Source: Bacillus subtilis subsp. subtilis str. 168 (GTDB taxonomy: Bacteria; Bacillota; Bacilli; Bacillales; Bacillaceae). Taken from it: 64,000 bases of DNA. The notes under the pieces were generated by a model. It was not told where the DNA came from. It saw only the letters and a program-made list of their open reading frames with translations, and ran no database searches. Both the position numbers and the translations under genes were made by a program. Where the stretch lies: NCBI RefSeq assembly GCF_000009045.1, contig NC_000964.3, forward strand, positions 248,001 through 312,000. Reading direction: 5' to 3'. Each line of letters begins with the position of its first letter. Position 1 is the first letter of the stretch. This document shows, piece after piece, positions 29,366 to 38,776 of the stretch.

Positions 29366-30280
29366 ATTCGTGAGGCCGCAGCAGGTACGATTTTTTTGCT
29401 GATCGGAACAGTTTGTTTTGCGTCTAAATCGATTTGGATAAAATGGGCATACCAAATGGGTGCTGAGCCAGATGCCGTGCTGCTATACAGGCAGCTGCTG
29501 GCTGTTCCGCTGTTTTGGCTGATTTTTTTAATATACCGTCCTCCAATGCCAGACGGTAAGAAAAAAGGAGACCTATGGAAGGCTTGTGGCGCGGGAGTGT
29601 TTTGTTTTTTTCTGTCTCCCTTGCTTGATTTTATCGGGCTGAACCATGTATCCGCAATGGTTGAACGTATATTGCTGATGAGCTATCCGTTGTTTGTGTT
29701 TGGATTCACCGCGTGTCGTGACCGGAAAATGTCCTCAATTCAGGACCTTTTCGCAGTTCTGGCGGTCATGTTTGGGCTTTTCTTGGCGCTGGGCGGCTGG
29801 AATGCTGAGCTTTTCCAGGCGAATATGATTGGAGCTGTATTCATTTTGTTATCTTCGGCCGTCTATGCTGGTTATCTTGTCCTTTCCGGGCATCTCGTCC
29901 ATCAAATCGGAGGGATCCGTCTCAATGCATACGGGATGACAGCTGCTGGAGCTGCCATGATGCTTTACACAGGGATAAAATCGGCGGCTGGCATGAATAC
30001 GCCAATGGCAGCATATCCGCTTTCTATGTATGGTTTGTTCGCAGTAATTGCAGTCGTTACCACAGTGATTCCATTTGTGCTAATGCTTGAGGGCATAAAA
30101 CGAATCGGGGCACAGCGAGCCGCCGCCATTTCAATGGCAGGGCCTATCCTGACGATTTTCTATGGAGCTTTATTTCTCGGTGAACGGCTCGGGCTCATTC
30201 AAGTCATTGGATGCGGTGGCGTATTTTTTGTCATTACGGGCATGGAATACAGGAAGCTGAAAACAGGAAAAAAAGAATAA
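29342..30280 (+). CDS. ycbK: EamA/DMT-family transporter (putative Trp efflux)
   Basis: Ten hydrophobic segments in two EamA repeats, GPILTIFYGALFLGERL. Confidence 0.88.
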   Translation: MRAEEQSKIREAAAGTIFLLIGTVCFASKSIWIKWAYQMGAEPDAVLLYRQLLAVPLFWLIFLIYRPPMPDGKKKGDLWKACGAGVFCFFLSPLLDFIGLNHVSAMVERILLMSYPLFVFGFTACRDRKMSSIQDLFAVLAVMFGLFLALGGWNAELFQANMIGAVFILLSSAVYAGYLVLSGHLVHQIGGIRLNAYGMTAAGAAMMLYTGIKSAAGMNTPMAAYPLSMYGLFAVIAVVTTVIPFVLMLEGIKRIGAQRAAAISMAGPILTIFYGALFLGERLGLIQVIGCGGVFFVITGMEYRKLKTGKKE

Positions 30281-30287
30281 TTTTTAT

Positions 30288-30338
30288 AAAACACACACGT
30301 TTTTCAATTACAATAAGTGTAATTACGTGTGTGTTTTT
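30288..30338 (+). terminator. Long hairpin terminator after ycbK
   Basis: 13-bp stem AAAACACACACGT/ACGTGTGTGTTTT plus inner 7-bp stem AATTACA/TGTAATT. Confidence 0.7.
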
Positions 30339-30364
30339 TGATTTTGTAAAGGTTAGGTGAGGAG

Positions 30365-31057
30365 ATGCAGCGCATATTGCTTGTAGAAGACGACCACTCA
30401 ATCAGTGAAATGGTGGATCATTATTTAACAAAAGAAGGCTTTGGAATTGTGCATGCTTTCGACGGAGAAGAGGGCATCCGGCTGTTTCAGCAGGGTTCAT
30501 ACGATTTGGTCCTCCTTGATATCATGCTCCCGAAGCTGAACGGCATGGATTTTCTGAAAATCATCCGGGAAAAAAGCAATATACCGGTCTTAATGATTTC
30601 GGCAAAAGATGGAGATGTGGACAAGGCATTGGGACTGGGCTTTGGGGCGGATGATTATATCGCCAAACCGTTTTCGATGATTGAGCTGACAGCCCGAGTA
30701 AAAGCCGCGATACGGCGGGCGACGCAATATTCGGCAGAGGAGCCGGCTGTGAATAAGGTGATCCGGATTCACCAGCTTGCGATAGATATAGACAATGTTT
30801 CCGTTTTGAAAAACGGAGAGCCGCTCCAGCTGACGTCAACAGAATGGCAGCTGCTGTGCTTATTTGCATCAAATCCTAAAAAAGTGTTTACGAAAGAACA
30901 AATCTACCGTTCCGTTTGGAATGAAGAGTACTTTGATGATCAGAACATCATTAACGTACATATGCGGCGGCTCAGAGAAAAGATTGAGGATGACCCCTCC
31001 TCCCCTCAATATATTAAAACGTTATGGGGCATCGGTTATAAATTAGGAGAGTTTTAG
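30365..31057 (+). CDS. ycbL: OmpR-family response regulator
   Basis: VEDD, LLDIMLP, GADDYIAKPF, VHMRRLREKIE, TLWGIGYK. Confidence 0.93.
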   Translation: MQRILLVEDDHSISEMVDHYLTKEGFGIVHAFDGEEGIRLFQQGSYDLVLLDIMLPKLNGMDFLKIIREKSNIPVLMISAKDGDVDKALGLGFGADDYIAKPFSMIELTARVKAAIRRATQYSAEEPAVNKVIRIHQLAIDIDNVSVLKNGEPLQLTSTEWQLLCLFASNPKKVFTKEQIYRSVWNEEYFDDQNIINVHMRRLREKIEDDPSSPQYIKTLWGIGYKLGEF

Positions 31058-31058
31058 A

Positions 31059-31994
31059 ATGACAGTGCTATGGGTGGCCGCTGTCATCGCTCTGGCGTGT
31101 CTGAATGTGATTCAATTCATAATGAAAAAGAAGCGGGACGGGAATCTGGCTTACACGGCTGACCAGCTTAGCTACATGCTCAGCCGGGATTCGGCAGGAC
31201 AAATTTTGCTTCCTACAGACGATCATGCGCTCAAAGACTTGCTTGTTAACATCAATCTTATCGTTGAGAATCGTCAGCAGATCAGCGCCCAATTTGCCAA
31301 AACAGAGCAATCCATGAAGCGGATGCTGACCAATATGTCGCACGACCTGAAAACGCCGTTAACGGTCATTCTCGGTTATATTGAAGCCATTCAAAGTGAC
31401 CCGAACATGCCGGACGAAGAGCGGGAAAGATTGCTGGGGAAGCTCCGCCAGAAAACAAATGAACTTATTCAGATGATCAATTCCTTTTTTGATTTAGCGA
31501 AATTAGAATCTGAAGATAAAGAGATCCCGATCACCAAAGTACATATGAACGACATATGCAAACGAAATATCCTGCACTATTATGACGCTGTTCAGTCAAA
31601 AGGCTTTCAAGCAGCCATCGATATCCCCGATACGCCGGTGTATGCGCAGGCGAATGAAGAGGCTCTGGACAGAATCCTGCAAAACCTATTGTCCAATGCG
31701 ATTCAATATGGCGCGGCCGGCAAGTTAATCGGGCTGACGCTGTCTTATGATGAGAGGAACATCGCCATCACCGTATGGGATCGCGGAAAAGGGATTAGTG
31801 AAACCGATCAGCAGCGGGTGTTTGAGAGGCTGTACACACTGGAAGAATCCAGAAATAAAGCATTTCAAGGAAGCGGCTTGGGTTTAACCATCACAAAACG
31901 GCTTACAGAAAAAATGGGAGGCATCATATCCGTCCAAAGCAAGCCGTACGAACGGACTGCATTTACGATCACATTGAAACGCATGACATATTAA
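31059..31994 (+). CDS. ycbM: Histidine kinase with a single short N-terminal TM
   Basis: SHDLKTPL H-box, NLLSNA, DRGKG, GSGLGL. Confidence 0.92.
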   Translation: MTVLWVAAVIALACLNVIQFIMKKKRDGNLAYTADQLSYMLSRDSAGQILLPTDDHALKDLLVNINLIVENRQQISAQFAKTEQSMKRMLTNMSHDLKTPLTVILGYIEAIQSDPNMPDEERERLLGKLRQKTNELIQMINSFFDLAKLESEDKEIPITKVHMNDICKRNILHYYDAVQSKGFQAAIDIPDTPVYAQANEEALDRILQNLLSNAIQYGAAGKLIGLTLSYDERNIAITVWDRGKGISETDQQRVFERLYTLEESRNKAFQGSGLGLTITKRLTEKMGGIISVQSKPYERTAFTITLKRMTY

Positions 31995-31997
31995 TCG

Positions 31998-32012
31998 TAA
32001 GAATTTCTTAAG
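31998..32012 (+). promoter_or_regulatory. Candidate YcbL binding direct repeat
   Basis: TAAG repeated at 11-bp spacing (cgTAAGaatttctTAAGgt) upstream of TACAAT -10 (32045-32050) that has no good -35. Confidence 0.4.
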
Positions 32013-32085
32013 GTTTGAGAAATAAAAATGACAGGGCTCGCCGCTACAATAGAAAACAGGAAAAGAGAGGGAAGGAGAAACAAAG

Positions 32086-33009
32086 TTGACTTATATCGTA
32101 CAAACAAACGGGCTGACCAAAACATATCAGGGCAAAGAGGTCGTATCCAATGTCAGCATGCATATTAAAAAAGGTGAAATCTATGGCTTTCTCGGCCCGA
32201 ACGGCGCGGGGAAAACAACCATTATGAAAATGCTGACGAGCCTTGTCAAACCGACAAGCGGTGAAATCATCATCCTTGGGAACAAGTTCACCCACACGTC
32301 ATATGAGGTGCTGGGGAACATCGGCAGCATGATTGAATATCCGATTTTTTATGAAAACCTGACAGCTGAAGAAAATTTAGATCTGCATTGTGAATATATG
32401 GGATACCACAATAAAAAAGCCATACAAGAAGTGCTGGATATGGTGAATTTAAAACAAATCGACAAAAAACCCGTCAAAACCTTTTCCCTCGGGATGAAGC
32501 AGCGCCTTGGAATTGCGCGTGCCATCCTCACGAAGCCGGACCTGCTTATTCTGGATGAGCCGGTGAATGGTCTTGACCCTCTCGGCATTAAAAAGATCAG
32601 GCAATTGTTTCAAGTGCTGAGCAAAGAGTACGGGATGACGCTGCTGATCTCAAGCCACCTGCTGGGTGAAATCGAACAAATCGCGGACACAATCGGCGTC
32701 ATTCGGGACGGCAGGCTGCTTGAAGAGGTATCAATGGAGGATGTCAGGGGCCAGAACACTGAATACATCGAGCTTGTCACGCCGAATCAGACAAGGGCCT
32801 GCTTTGTGCTGGAGAAAGAGCTGCAATTAACCAACTTTAAAATATTAAATGAGAAAACGATTCGAATTTACGAGGCTGAAGCCTCTCAGGCTGCCATATC
32901 CAAAGCATTGATTTTAAATGATGTAGACATTGAATCAATGAACAAAAAGTATACGTCGCTGGAGGATTATTTTATCAAATTGATCAACGGCAATAGCATC
33001 AGTGCGTAA
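32086..33009 (+). CDS. ycbN: ABC transporter ATP-binding protein (BcrA-like)
   Basis: GPNGAGKTT, FSLGMKQRL, LDEPVNGLDP, SSH; TTG start. Confidence 0.93.
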   Translation: MTYIVQTNGLTKTYQGKEVVSNVSMHIKKGEIYGFLGPNGAGKTTIMKMLTSLVKPTSGEIIILGNKFTHTSYEVLGNIGSMIEYPIFYENLTAEENLDLHCEYMGYHNKKAIQEVLDMVNLKQIDKKPVKTFSLGMKQRLGIARAILTKPDLLILDEPVNGLDPLGIKKIRQLFQVLSKEYGMTLLISSHLLGEIEQIADTIGVIRDGRLLEEVSMEDVRGQNTEYIELVTPNQTRACFVLEKELQLTNFKILNEKTIRIYEAEASQAAISKALILNDVDIESMNKKYTSLEDYFIKLINGNSISA

Positions 33010-33024
33010 AGGAGGAGAGACACG

Positions 33025-33714
33025 TTGATGAATTTGATCAGAATCGAATTAAGAAAAATGAAAATGGGCTGGTATATCAGAGGTGCCCTCATTGCCAACG
33101 TGATCATTATGGGTTTTATGTGGCTGATCAGTTATTCCGAAAAAGCCGATGGCGGGGTTTCGTTCCAAAGTACGGATGAAGCATTCCTCATCATCGGCAC
33201 CTTCGTCAGAGCGGTATTTATCGTATTTGGCGCTGTGCTGATCGTAAAATTGGTGATTTCGGAATATAAAAACAAAACCATTCTTGTGATGTTCACGTAC
33301 CCGATCAGCCGTAAAAAGCTGCTCACCGCTAAGCTCATGATCGCGGGCGGACTGACGTTTATCACGATTTTACTTTCAAATATACTCATAGCCGCCGGTT
33401 TCTTTTGGCTGAACTCGATCTGCCATTTCATACCGGGAGAGCTTACTTCCGAGATCATTTCTCAACAGGCGGTCAAAATGGCGGTTTTCGCTTTTGGCGC
33501 CGCTGGAACCAGTTTAGTTCCCATCTTTTTTGGGATGCGTAGACACTCGGTTCCGGCGACCATCATTTCATCTGTAGTAATTGTGATGCTCATCAGCTCA
33601 ACAAGTCCGGGCTTCTCGATTTCATCTGTTGTGTATATCCCGTTATCGTTAGCGGCATTCGGTTTGTTCTTTTCCTACATGGCGATCAGGAATGCGGACA
33701 AGCAGGATGCGTAA
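33025..33714 (+). CDS. ycbO: ABC-2 type permease (BcrB-like)
   Basis: Six TM segments; EYKNKTILVMFTYPISRKKLLTAK motif. Confidence 0.88.
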   Translation: MMNLIRIELRKMKMGWYIRGALIANVIIMGFMWLISYSEKADGGVSFQSTDEAFLIIGTFVRAVFIVFGAVLIVKLVISEYKNKTILVMFTYPISRKKLLTAKLMIAGGLTFITILLSNILIAAGFFWLNSICHFIPGELTSEIISQQAVKMAVFAFGAAGTSLVPIFFGMRRHSVPATIISSVVIVMLISSTSPGFSISSVVYIPLSLAAFGLFFSYMAIRNADKQDA

Positions 33715-33736
33715 ACAAAGGCGCCCAATATGTATA

Positions 33737-33765
33737 AAAGGCCGATGCTGTCAGCACCGGCCTTT
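33737..33765. terminator. Terminator between ycbO and ycbP
   Basis: AAAGGCCG...CGGCCTTT stem. Confidence 0.7.
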
Positions 33766-33768
33766 CCA

Positions 33769-34155
33769 TTATGAGTCTGTTCTTGTTTCAAGATAATGCT
33801 TCTTGCCAATCTCTTTGCTCATCATATAGAAATGGAAGCAATATTCACCGATTGCCATGACGATCGCGCCGAATAAAGCCGCCAATGCAACTTCACCGCC
33901 AGTCATCCCCATAGAAAGCGGCATGCCCATCAGCCAGATCACGAGAAAGGCCAAACCAAAATCAGCCAAAGTTGCAATCATATTATTCCATTTCGGCAAT
34001 ACATAAAGATCGCCCAGCAAATAAGAAATAACCCCTAACACAATCGTCATTAGCAGCGTATCACCAAACGTGAAACCAAAGCCCAGACCAAGCACCAGAT
34101 ACAACACAATAATCGTCATAATACCTTTAATAGCGAGCGCTTTCACATGTGTCAT
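33769..34155 (-). CDS. ycbP: YndM/DUF2512-like membrane protein
   Basis: [26 protein letters not shown]; SD AAGGAGG. Confidence 0.85.
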
Positions 34156-34193
34156 TACAATTCCTCCTTTTGTCATTTGATTTGTTATGTATA

Positions 34194-34217
34194 ATTCCTC
34201 AAATGTAAAAAGTTAAA
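34194..34217 (-). promoter_or_regulatory. SigB-type promoter of ycbP
   Basis: GTTTAA-N12-AGGAAT on the minus strand. Confidence 0.55.
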
Positions 34218-34412
34218 CCTTATTTCTTTTCGGAGGCGGGTGCAAATCTGCTGGGGAGAGGTCAATGATGTGAATCCAGGAATTGAGGCTGCGGCGCTTC
34301 GACAGCGGAAACGTGAAGCTTGTACTGCACCGGACGCTGCTTTGATGCCCAACAGCCCATTATGTTTGCTGTTTTTAGATGAATAAATTTAAAAACTTCT
34401 CCTGTCCCTCCG

Positions 34413-34441
34413 TCATCACTTCTGAAGTAATGAAATATGAT
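34413..34441 (+). promoter_or_regulatory. Mother-cell (SigE-type) promoter of cwlJ
   Basis: TCATCAC...AATATGAT resembles the SigE -35/-10; context of a spore cortex gene. Confidence 0.4.
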
Positions 34442-34468
34442 GAAAAGAGATCAAGGGGAGGTGACGTG

Positions 34469-34897
34469 ATGGCGGTCGTGAGAGCAACGAGTGCGGATGT
34501 CGATTTGATGGCAAGGCTGCTCAGAGCGGAAGCGGAAGGCGAAGGCAAGCAGGGGATGCTGCTTGTCGGCAACGTTGGAATTAATCGGCTGCGGGCGAAT
34601 TGCTCAGATTTTAAAGGCCTCCGCACCATCAGGCAGATGATTTATCAGCCACACGCGTTTGAGGCTGTGACTCATGGATATTTTTATCAAAGGGCGCGAG
34701 ATAGCGAGCGTGCCCTTGCACGCCGGTCGATTAATGGTGAAAGGCGCTGGCCTGCAAAATTTAGTTTATGGTACTTCAGGCCGCAGGGGGACTGTCCAGC
34801 CCAGTGGTATAACCAGCCGTTTGTGGCCAGATTTAAGTCACACTGCTTTTATCAGCCGACGGCGGAGACGTGTGAAAATGTATATAACACATTTTAG
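34469..34897 (+). CDS. cwlJ: Spore cortex-lytic enzyme
   Basis: MARLLRAEAEGE Hydrolase_2 catalytic Glu, VGNVGINR; SD GGGGAGGTGA. Confidence 0.95.
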   Translation: MAVVRATSADVDLMARLLRAEAEGEGKQGMLLVGNVGINRLRANCSDFKGLRTIRQMIYQPHAFEAVTHGYFYQRARDSERALARRSINGERRWPAKFSLWYFRPQGDCPAQWYNQPFVARFKSHCFYQPTAETCENVYNTF

Positions 34898-34903
34898 AGA
34901 CAG

Positions 34904-34931
34904 GACACCGTTCAAATTGAACGGTGTTTTT
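34904..34931 (+). terminator. Terminator after cwlJ
   Basis: GACACCGTTCA/TGAACGGTGTT stem plus Ts. Confidence 0.8.
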
Positions 34932-35002
34932 CTTTGAAAAGATGCAATGCAAAATATTCCTGTGAGATAATCAAAGAAAAAAGAGCTGACGGAGATGACA
35001 GA

Positions 35003-35734
35003 ATGGCAACAATTGACCTGCAAAAGAAAAGTGTAAAGATCGTACTGGAGAAAAAGCAGTTAACGAAGGTGACGGCTCGTGTTGGACTGGTTCTTGATAT
35101 TACGGGATCGATGAGACCGCTCTACAAAAACGGGACGGTTCAAAATGTGGTGGAGCGGATTTTGGCAGTGGCTGATCAGTTTGATGATAACGGTTTGCTG
35201 GATGTATGGGTGTATGATAATGAATTTTCCCGATTAAAGCCAGTTTCAGAAAAGGATTTTTCGGGCTATGTCGATCGTGAAATTTTAAATAATGACCGCT
35301 TGCATAAATTCGGCAGAAATGATGAGCCGCCAGTCATGAAGGACGTGCTGCGCAAATATGTTACGGAGGAACCGAGCTCGTATCCTGCTTTCATTGTTTT
35401 TATCAATGACGGGGGCTGTAAAAAGTCAATCAAACCGATAATTGAAGCTTCTTCTGATAAACCGGTGTTCTGGCAGTTTGTCGGCATCGGAAACGGAAAC
35501 TTTGATTTTCTCAATAAACTGGATACGTTAGAAGGGCGTGTCATTGATAACACGAACTTCCTGCATATCGAAGAGATTGACCGCATTTCTGATGATGAGC
35601 TTTATGATGCTCTGCTTGCTGAATTTCCATTTTGGCTGAAAGAAGCGAAGGAAAAAGGGATTGTAAGAGAACAAGAGCCTCCTGCTGAAAAGCCGAAAAA
35701 GAAGGGCTTTTTCAGCAGATTGTTTTCGAAATAA
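35003..35734 (+). CDS. ycbR: vWA-domain protein (TerF/Ter-associated type)
   Basis: MIDAS motif LVLDITGSM, FINDGG, FWQFVGIG, FLNKLD. Confidence 0.85.
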   Translation: MATIDLQKKSVKIVLEKKQLTKVTARVGLVLDITGSMRPLYKNGTVQNVVERILAVADQFDDNGLLDVWVYDNEFSRLKPVSEKDFSGYVDREILNNDRLHKFGRNDEPPVMKDVLRKYVTEEPSSYPAFIVFINDGGCKKSIKPIIEASSDKPVFWQFVGIGNGNFDFLNKLDTLEGRVIDNTNFLHIEEIDRISDDELYDALLAEFPFWLKEAKEKGIVREQEPPAEKPKKKGFFSRLFSK

Positions 35735-35744
35735 CTGATAAAGA

Positions 35745-35788
35745 GCACTGAGTCATTCTGCGAAATGGCTCGGTGTTTTTGTTTTTTT
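35745..35788 (+). terminator. Terminator after ycbR
   Basis: 13-bp stem GCACTGAGTCATT/AATGGCTCGGTGT with GU pairs, then T-tracts. Confidence 0.7.
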
Positions 35789-35924
35789 AAGATCATGTGA
35801 AGAAAAATAGGCCGAATGGGCGGCTTGCAAACGACAGGATATGCAGAAAACGCGTCATTCAGCCAGCTTTCGGCATGTTTCAGCAGCAGGCTTGTGAGGG
35901 AAGACCTGTTTTTAATGTTCAGCG

Positions 35925-35977
35925 CTTACAATCAGTTCACACTTCTTCACAGTCGTTTAACAATGATTTCCTATAAT
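35925..35977 (+). promoter_or_regulatory. PhoP boxes and -10 of the phoD promoter
   Basis: Four TT(A/C)ACA-like repeats at 35925, 35936, 35946, 35957; TATAAT at 35972. Confidence 0.85.
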
Positions 35978-36010
35978 GGAGACGATCAATGAGGAGAGAG
36001 GGGATCTTGA

Positions 36011-37762
36011 ATGGCATACGACAGTCGTTTTGATGAATGGGTACAGAAACTGAAAGAGGAAAGCTTTCAAAACAATACGTTTGACCGCCGCAAATTTATT
36101 CAAGGAGCGGGGAAGATTGCAGGACTTTCTCTTGGATTAACGATTGCCCAGTCGGTTGGGGCCTTTGAAGTAAATGCTGCGCCTAACTTCTCAAGCTATC
36201 CGTTTACATTAGGGGTAGCGTCAGGTGATCCGCTTTCTGACAGTGTCGTGCTTTGGACACGTCTGGCACCAGATCCGCTGAATGGCGGGGGAATGCCGAA
36301 GCAAGCAGTGCCTGTCAAATGGGAGGTCGCAAAGGATGAGCATTTCCGCAAAATCGTAAGAAAAGGCACTGAAATGGCTAAACCAAGTCTTGCCCATTCC
36401 GTTCATGTGGAAGCGGACGGGCTTGAGCCAAACAAAGTGTACTATTACCGTTTCAAAACCGGCCATGAACTAAGCCCTGTCGGAAAAACAAAAACACTGC
36501 CTGCCCCTGGCGCCAATGTGCCGCAAATGACCTTTGCATTTGCTTCCTGCCAGCAATATGAGCACGGATATTATACGGCCTACAAGCATATGGCAAAGGA
36601 AAAGCTTGATCTTGTCTTCCATCTCGGTGATTACATATATGAATACGGCCCAAATGAATATGTATCAAAAACAGGCAATGTCCGCACGCACAACAGCGCG
36701 GAAATCATTACGCTGCAAGACTATCGGAACCGTCACGCTCAATACCGTTCTGACGCCAATCTTAAAGCTGCACATGCGGCATTCCCTTGGGTTGTAACTT
36801 GGGATGACCATGAAGTTGAAAACAACTATGCCAATAAAATACCTGAAAAAGGACAGTCGGTTGAAGCATTCGTGCTCCGCCGCGCGGCAGCATACCAGGC
36901 ATACTATGAACATATGCCGCTCCGCATTTCCTCTTTGCCGAATGGCCCAGATATGCAGCTGTACCGGCACTTTACGTACGGAAACCTGGCGTCCTTCAAT
37001 GTGCTTGATACCCGCCAGTACAGGGACGACCAAGCCAATAACGACGGCAATAAGCCGCCTTCTGATGAATCGCGCAATCCGAATCGGACTCTGCTTGGAA
37101 AAGAACAGGAGCAGTGGCTCTTCAACAATTTGGGCAGCTCGACAGCCCACTGGAATGTGCTGGCGCAGCAGATTTTCTTTGCCAAGTGGAATTTCGGGAC
37201 AAGCGCAAGCCCGATCTACAGCATGGATTCGTGGGACGGCTACCCGGCTCAGCGCGAACGGGTTATCAATTTCATTAAAAGCAAAAATCTGAATAATGTT
37301 GTCGTACTGACAGGTGATGTACACGCAAGCTGGGCATCGAATTTGCATGTCGATTTCGAGAAGACAAGTTCAAAAATATTCGGAGCCGAATTTGTTGGAA
37401 CCTCGATCACTTCCGGAGGGAACGGAGCGGATAAGCGAGCGGATACGGACCAAATTTTAAAAGAAAATCCGCACATCCAGTTCTTTAACGACTATCGCGG
37501 ATATGTCCGCTGTACAGTGACGCCTCACCAGTGGAAAGCCGATTATCGGGTGATGCCATTTGTGACCGAGCCGGGCGCAGCCATTTCCACGCGGGCTTCA
37601 TTCGTTTACCAGAAAGACCAAACCGGGTTGAGAAAGGTATCATCCACAACAATCCAAGGCGGGGTGAAGCAATCCGATGAGGTCGAAGAGGATCGTTTCT
37701 TTTCGCACAACAAAGCCCACGAAAAACAAATGATTAAGAAGCGTGCAAAAATCACGAATTAA
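36011..37762 (+). CDS. phoD: Tat-exported phosphodiesterase/alkaline phosphatase D
   Basis: DRRKFI twin-arginine signal; FTLGVASGDP, HLGDYIYE, WDDHEVENN, LDTRQYR, LTGDVH. Confidence 0.97.
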   Translation: MAYDSRFDEWVQKLKEESFQNNTFDRRKFIQGAGKIAGLSLGLTIAQSVGAFEVNAAPNFSSYPFTLGVASGDPLSDSVVLWTRLAPDPLNGGGMPKQAVPVKWEVAKDEHFRKIVRKGTEMAKPSLAHSVHVEADGLEPNKVYYYRFKTGHELSPVGKTKTLPAPGANVPQMTFAFASCQQYEHGYYTAYKHMAKEKLDLVFHLGDYIYEYGPNEYVSKTGNVRTHNSAEIITLQDYRNRHAQYRSDANLKAAHAAFPWVVTWDDHEVENNYANKIPEKGQSVEAFVLRRAAAYQAYYEHMPLRISSLPNGPDMQLYRHFTYGNLASFNVLDTRQYRDDQANNDGNKPPSDESRNPNRTLLGKEQEQWLFNNLGSSTAHWNVLAQQIFFAKWNFGTSASPIYSMDSWDGYPAQRERVINFIKSKNLNNVVVLTGDVHASWASNLHVDFEKTSSKIFGAEFVGTSITSGGNGADKRADTDQILKENPHIQFFNDYRGYVRCTVTPHQWKADYRVMPFVTEPGAAISTRASFVYQKDQTGLRKVSSTTIQGGVKQSDEVEEDRFFSHNKAHEKQMIKKRAKITN

Positions 37763-37774
37763 GGAGTGGAAATT

Positions 37775-37987
37775 ATGTTTTCAAACATTGGAATACCGGG
37801 CTTGATTCTCATCTTCGTCATCGCCCTCATTATTTTTGGCCCTTCCAAGCTGCCGGAAATCGGGCGTGCCGCCGGACGGACACTGCTGGAATTTAAAAGC
37901 GCCACAAAATCACTTGTGTCTGGTGATGAAAAAGAAGAGAAATCAGCTGAGCTGACAGCGGTAAAGCAGGACAAAAACGCGGGCTGA
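37775..37987 (+). CDS. tatAD: Twin-arginine translocase subunit A
   Basis: IGIPGLILI...[21 protein letters not shown]. Confidence 0.95.
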
Positions 37988-37995
37988 ATGCTGAT

Positions 37996-38025
37996 GAGGC
38001 AGACACCGGGTCTGCCTCTTTTTTT
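37996..38025 (+). terminator. Internal terminator between tatAD and tatCD
   Basis: GAGGCAGAC/GTCTGCCTC stem plus T7. Confidence 0.75.
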
Positions 38026-38047
38026 ATGAAAGGGAGGGCTTTTTTGA

Positions 38048-38776
38048 ATGGATAAAAAAGAAACCCATCTGATCGGGCATTTAGAAGAGCTTCGCCGCCG
38101 GATTATCGTCACCCTTGCGGCATTTTTTCTATTTCTCATCACGGCTTTTTTGTTCGTACAGGACATTTATGACTGGCTGATCAGGGATTTGGATGGAAAG
38201 CTGGCTGTGCTAGGACCGAGTGAAATCCTCTGGGTGTATATGATGCTTTCCGGCATTTGTGCCATTGCGGCTTCTATCCCTGTTGCCGCGTACCAGCTGT
38301 GGCGTTTCGTTGCACCGGCGCTGACTAAAACGGAGCGCAAGGTGACGCTCATGTACATACCAGGTTTATTTGCGTTGTTTTTGGCGGGCATCTCCTTCGG
38401 ATACTTTGTCTTGTTTCCGATCGTGCTCAGCTTTTTGACTCATTTATCCTCCGGCCACTTTGAAACGATGTTTACGGCTGACCGCTACTTTAGGTTTATG
38501 GTGAATTTGAGCCTGCCGTTCGGCTTCTTGTTTGAGATGCCCTTGGTGGTGATGTTTTTAACAAGGCTGGGCATCTTAAATCCTTACAGACTGGCCAAAG
38601 CGAGAAAGCTTTCCTATTTTCTGCTGATTGTCGTGTCCATATTGATTACACCGCCTGATTTTATTTCTGATTTTCTCGTGATGATCCCGCTTCTTGTCCT
38701 GTTTGAAGTGAGTGTCACCCTATCGGCGTTTGTCTACAAAAAGAGGATGAGGGAAGAAACAGCGGCGGCCGCTTAG
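38048..38776 (+). CDS. tatCD: Twin-arginine translocase subunit C
   Basis: HLEELRRR, YQLWRFVAPAL, FGFLFEMP, ITPPD. Confidence 0.95.
   Translation: MDKKETHLIGHLEELRRRIIVTLAAFFLFLITAFLFVQDIYDWLIRDLDGKLAVLGPSEILWVYMMLSGICAIAASIPVAAYQLWRFVAPALTKTERKVTLMYIPGLFALFLAGISFGYFVLFPIVLSFLTHLSSGHFETMFTADRYFRFMVNLSLPFGFLFEMPLVVMFLTRLGILNPYRLAKARKLSYFLLIVVSILITPPDFISDFLVMIPLLVLFEVSVTLSAFVYKKRMREETAAAA

Noticed and set aside
34240-34386. 48-aa GTG ORF and an ATG-ATG-TGA mini-ORF in the ycbP-cwlJ gap
   Set aside because: GGAGG is only 3 nt from the GTG, there is no evident promoter, and the peptide has no recognisable features
35816-35992. 58-codon ORF upstream of phoD (I recall it annotated as yczK)
   Set aside because: No SD, and it runs through the PhoP boxes and -10 of phoD; likely spurious
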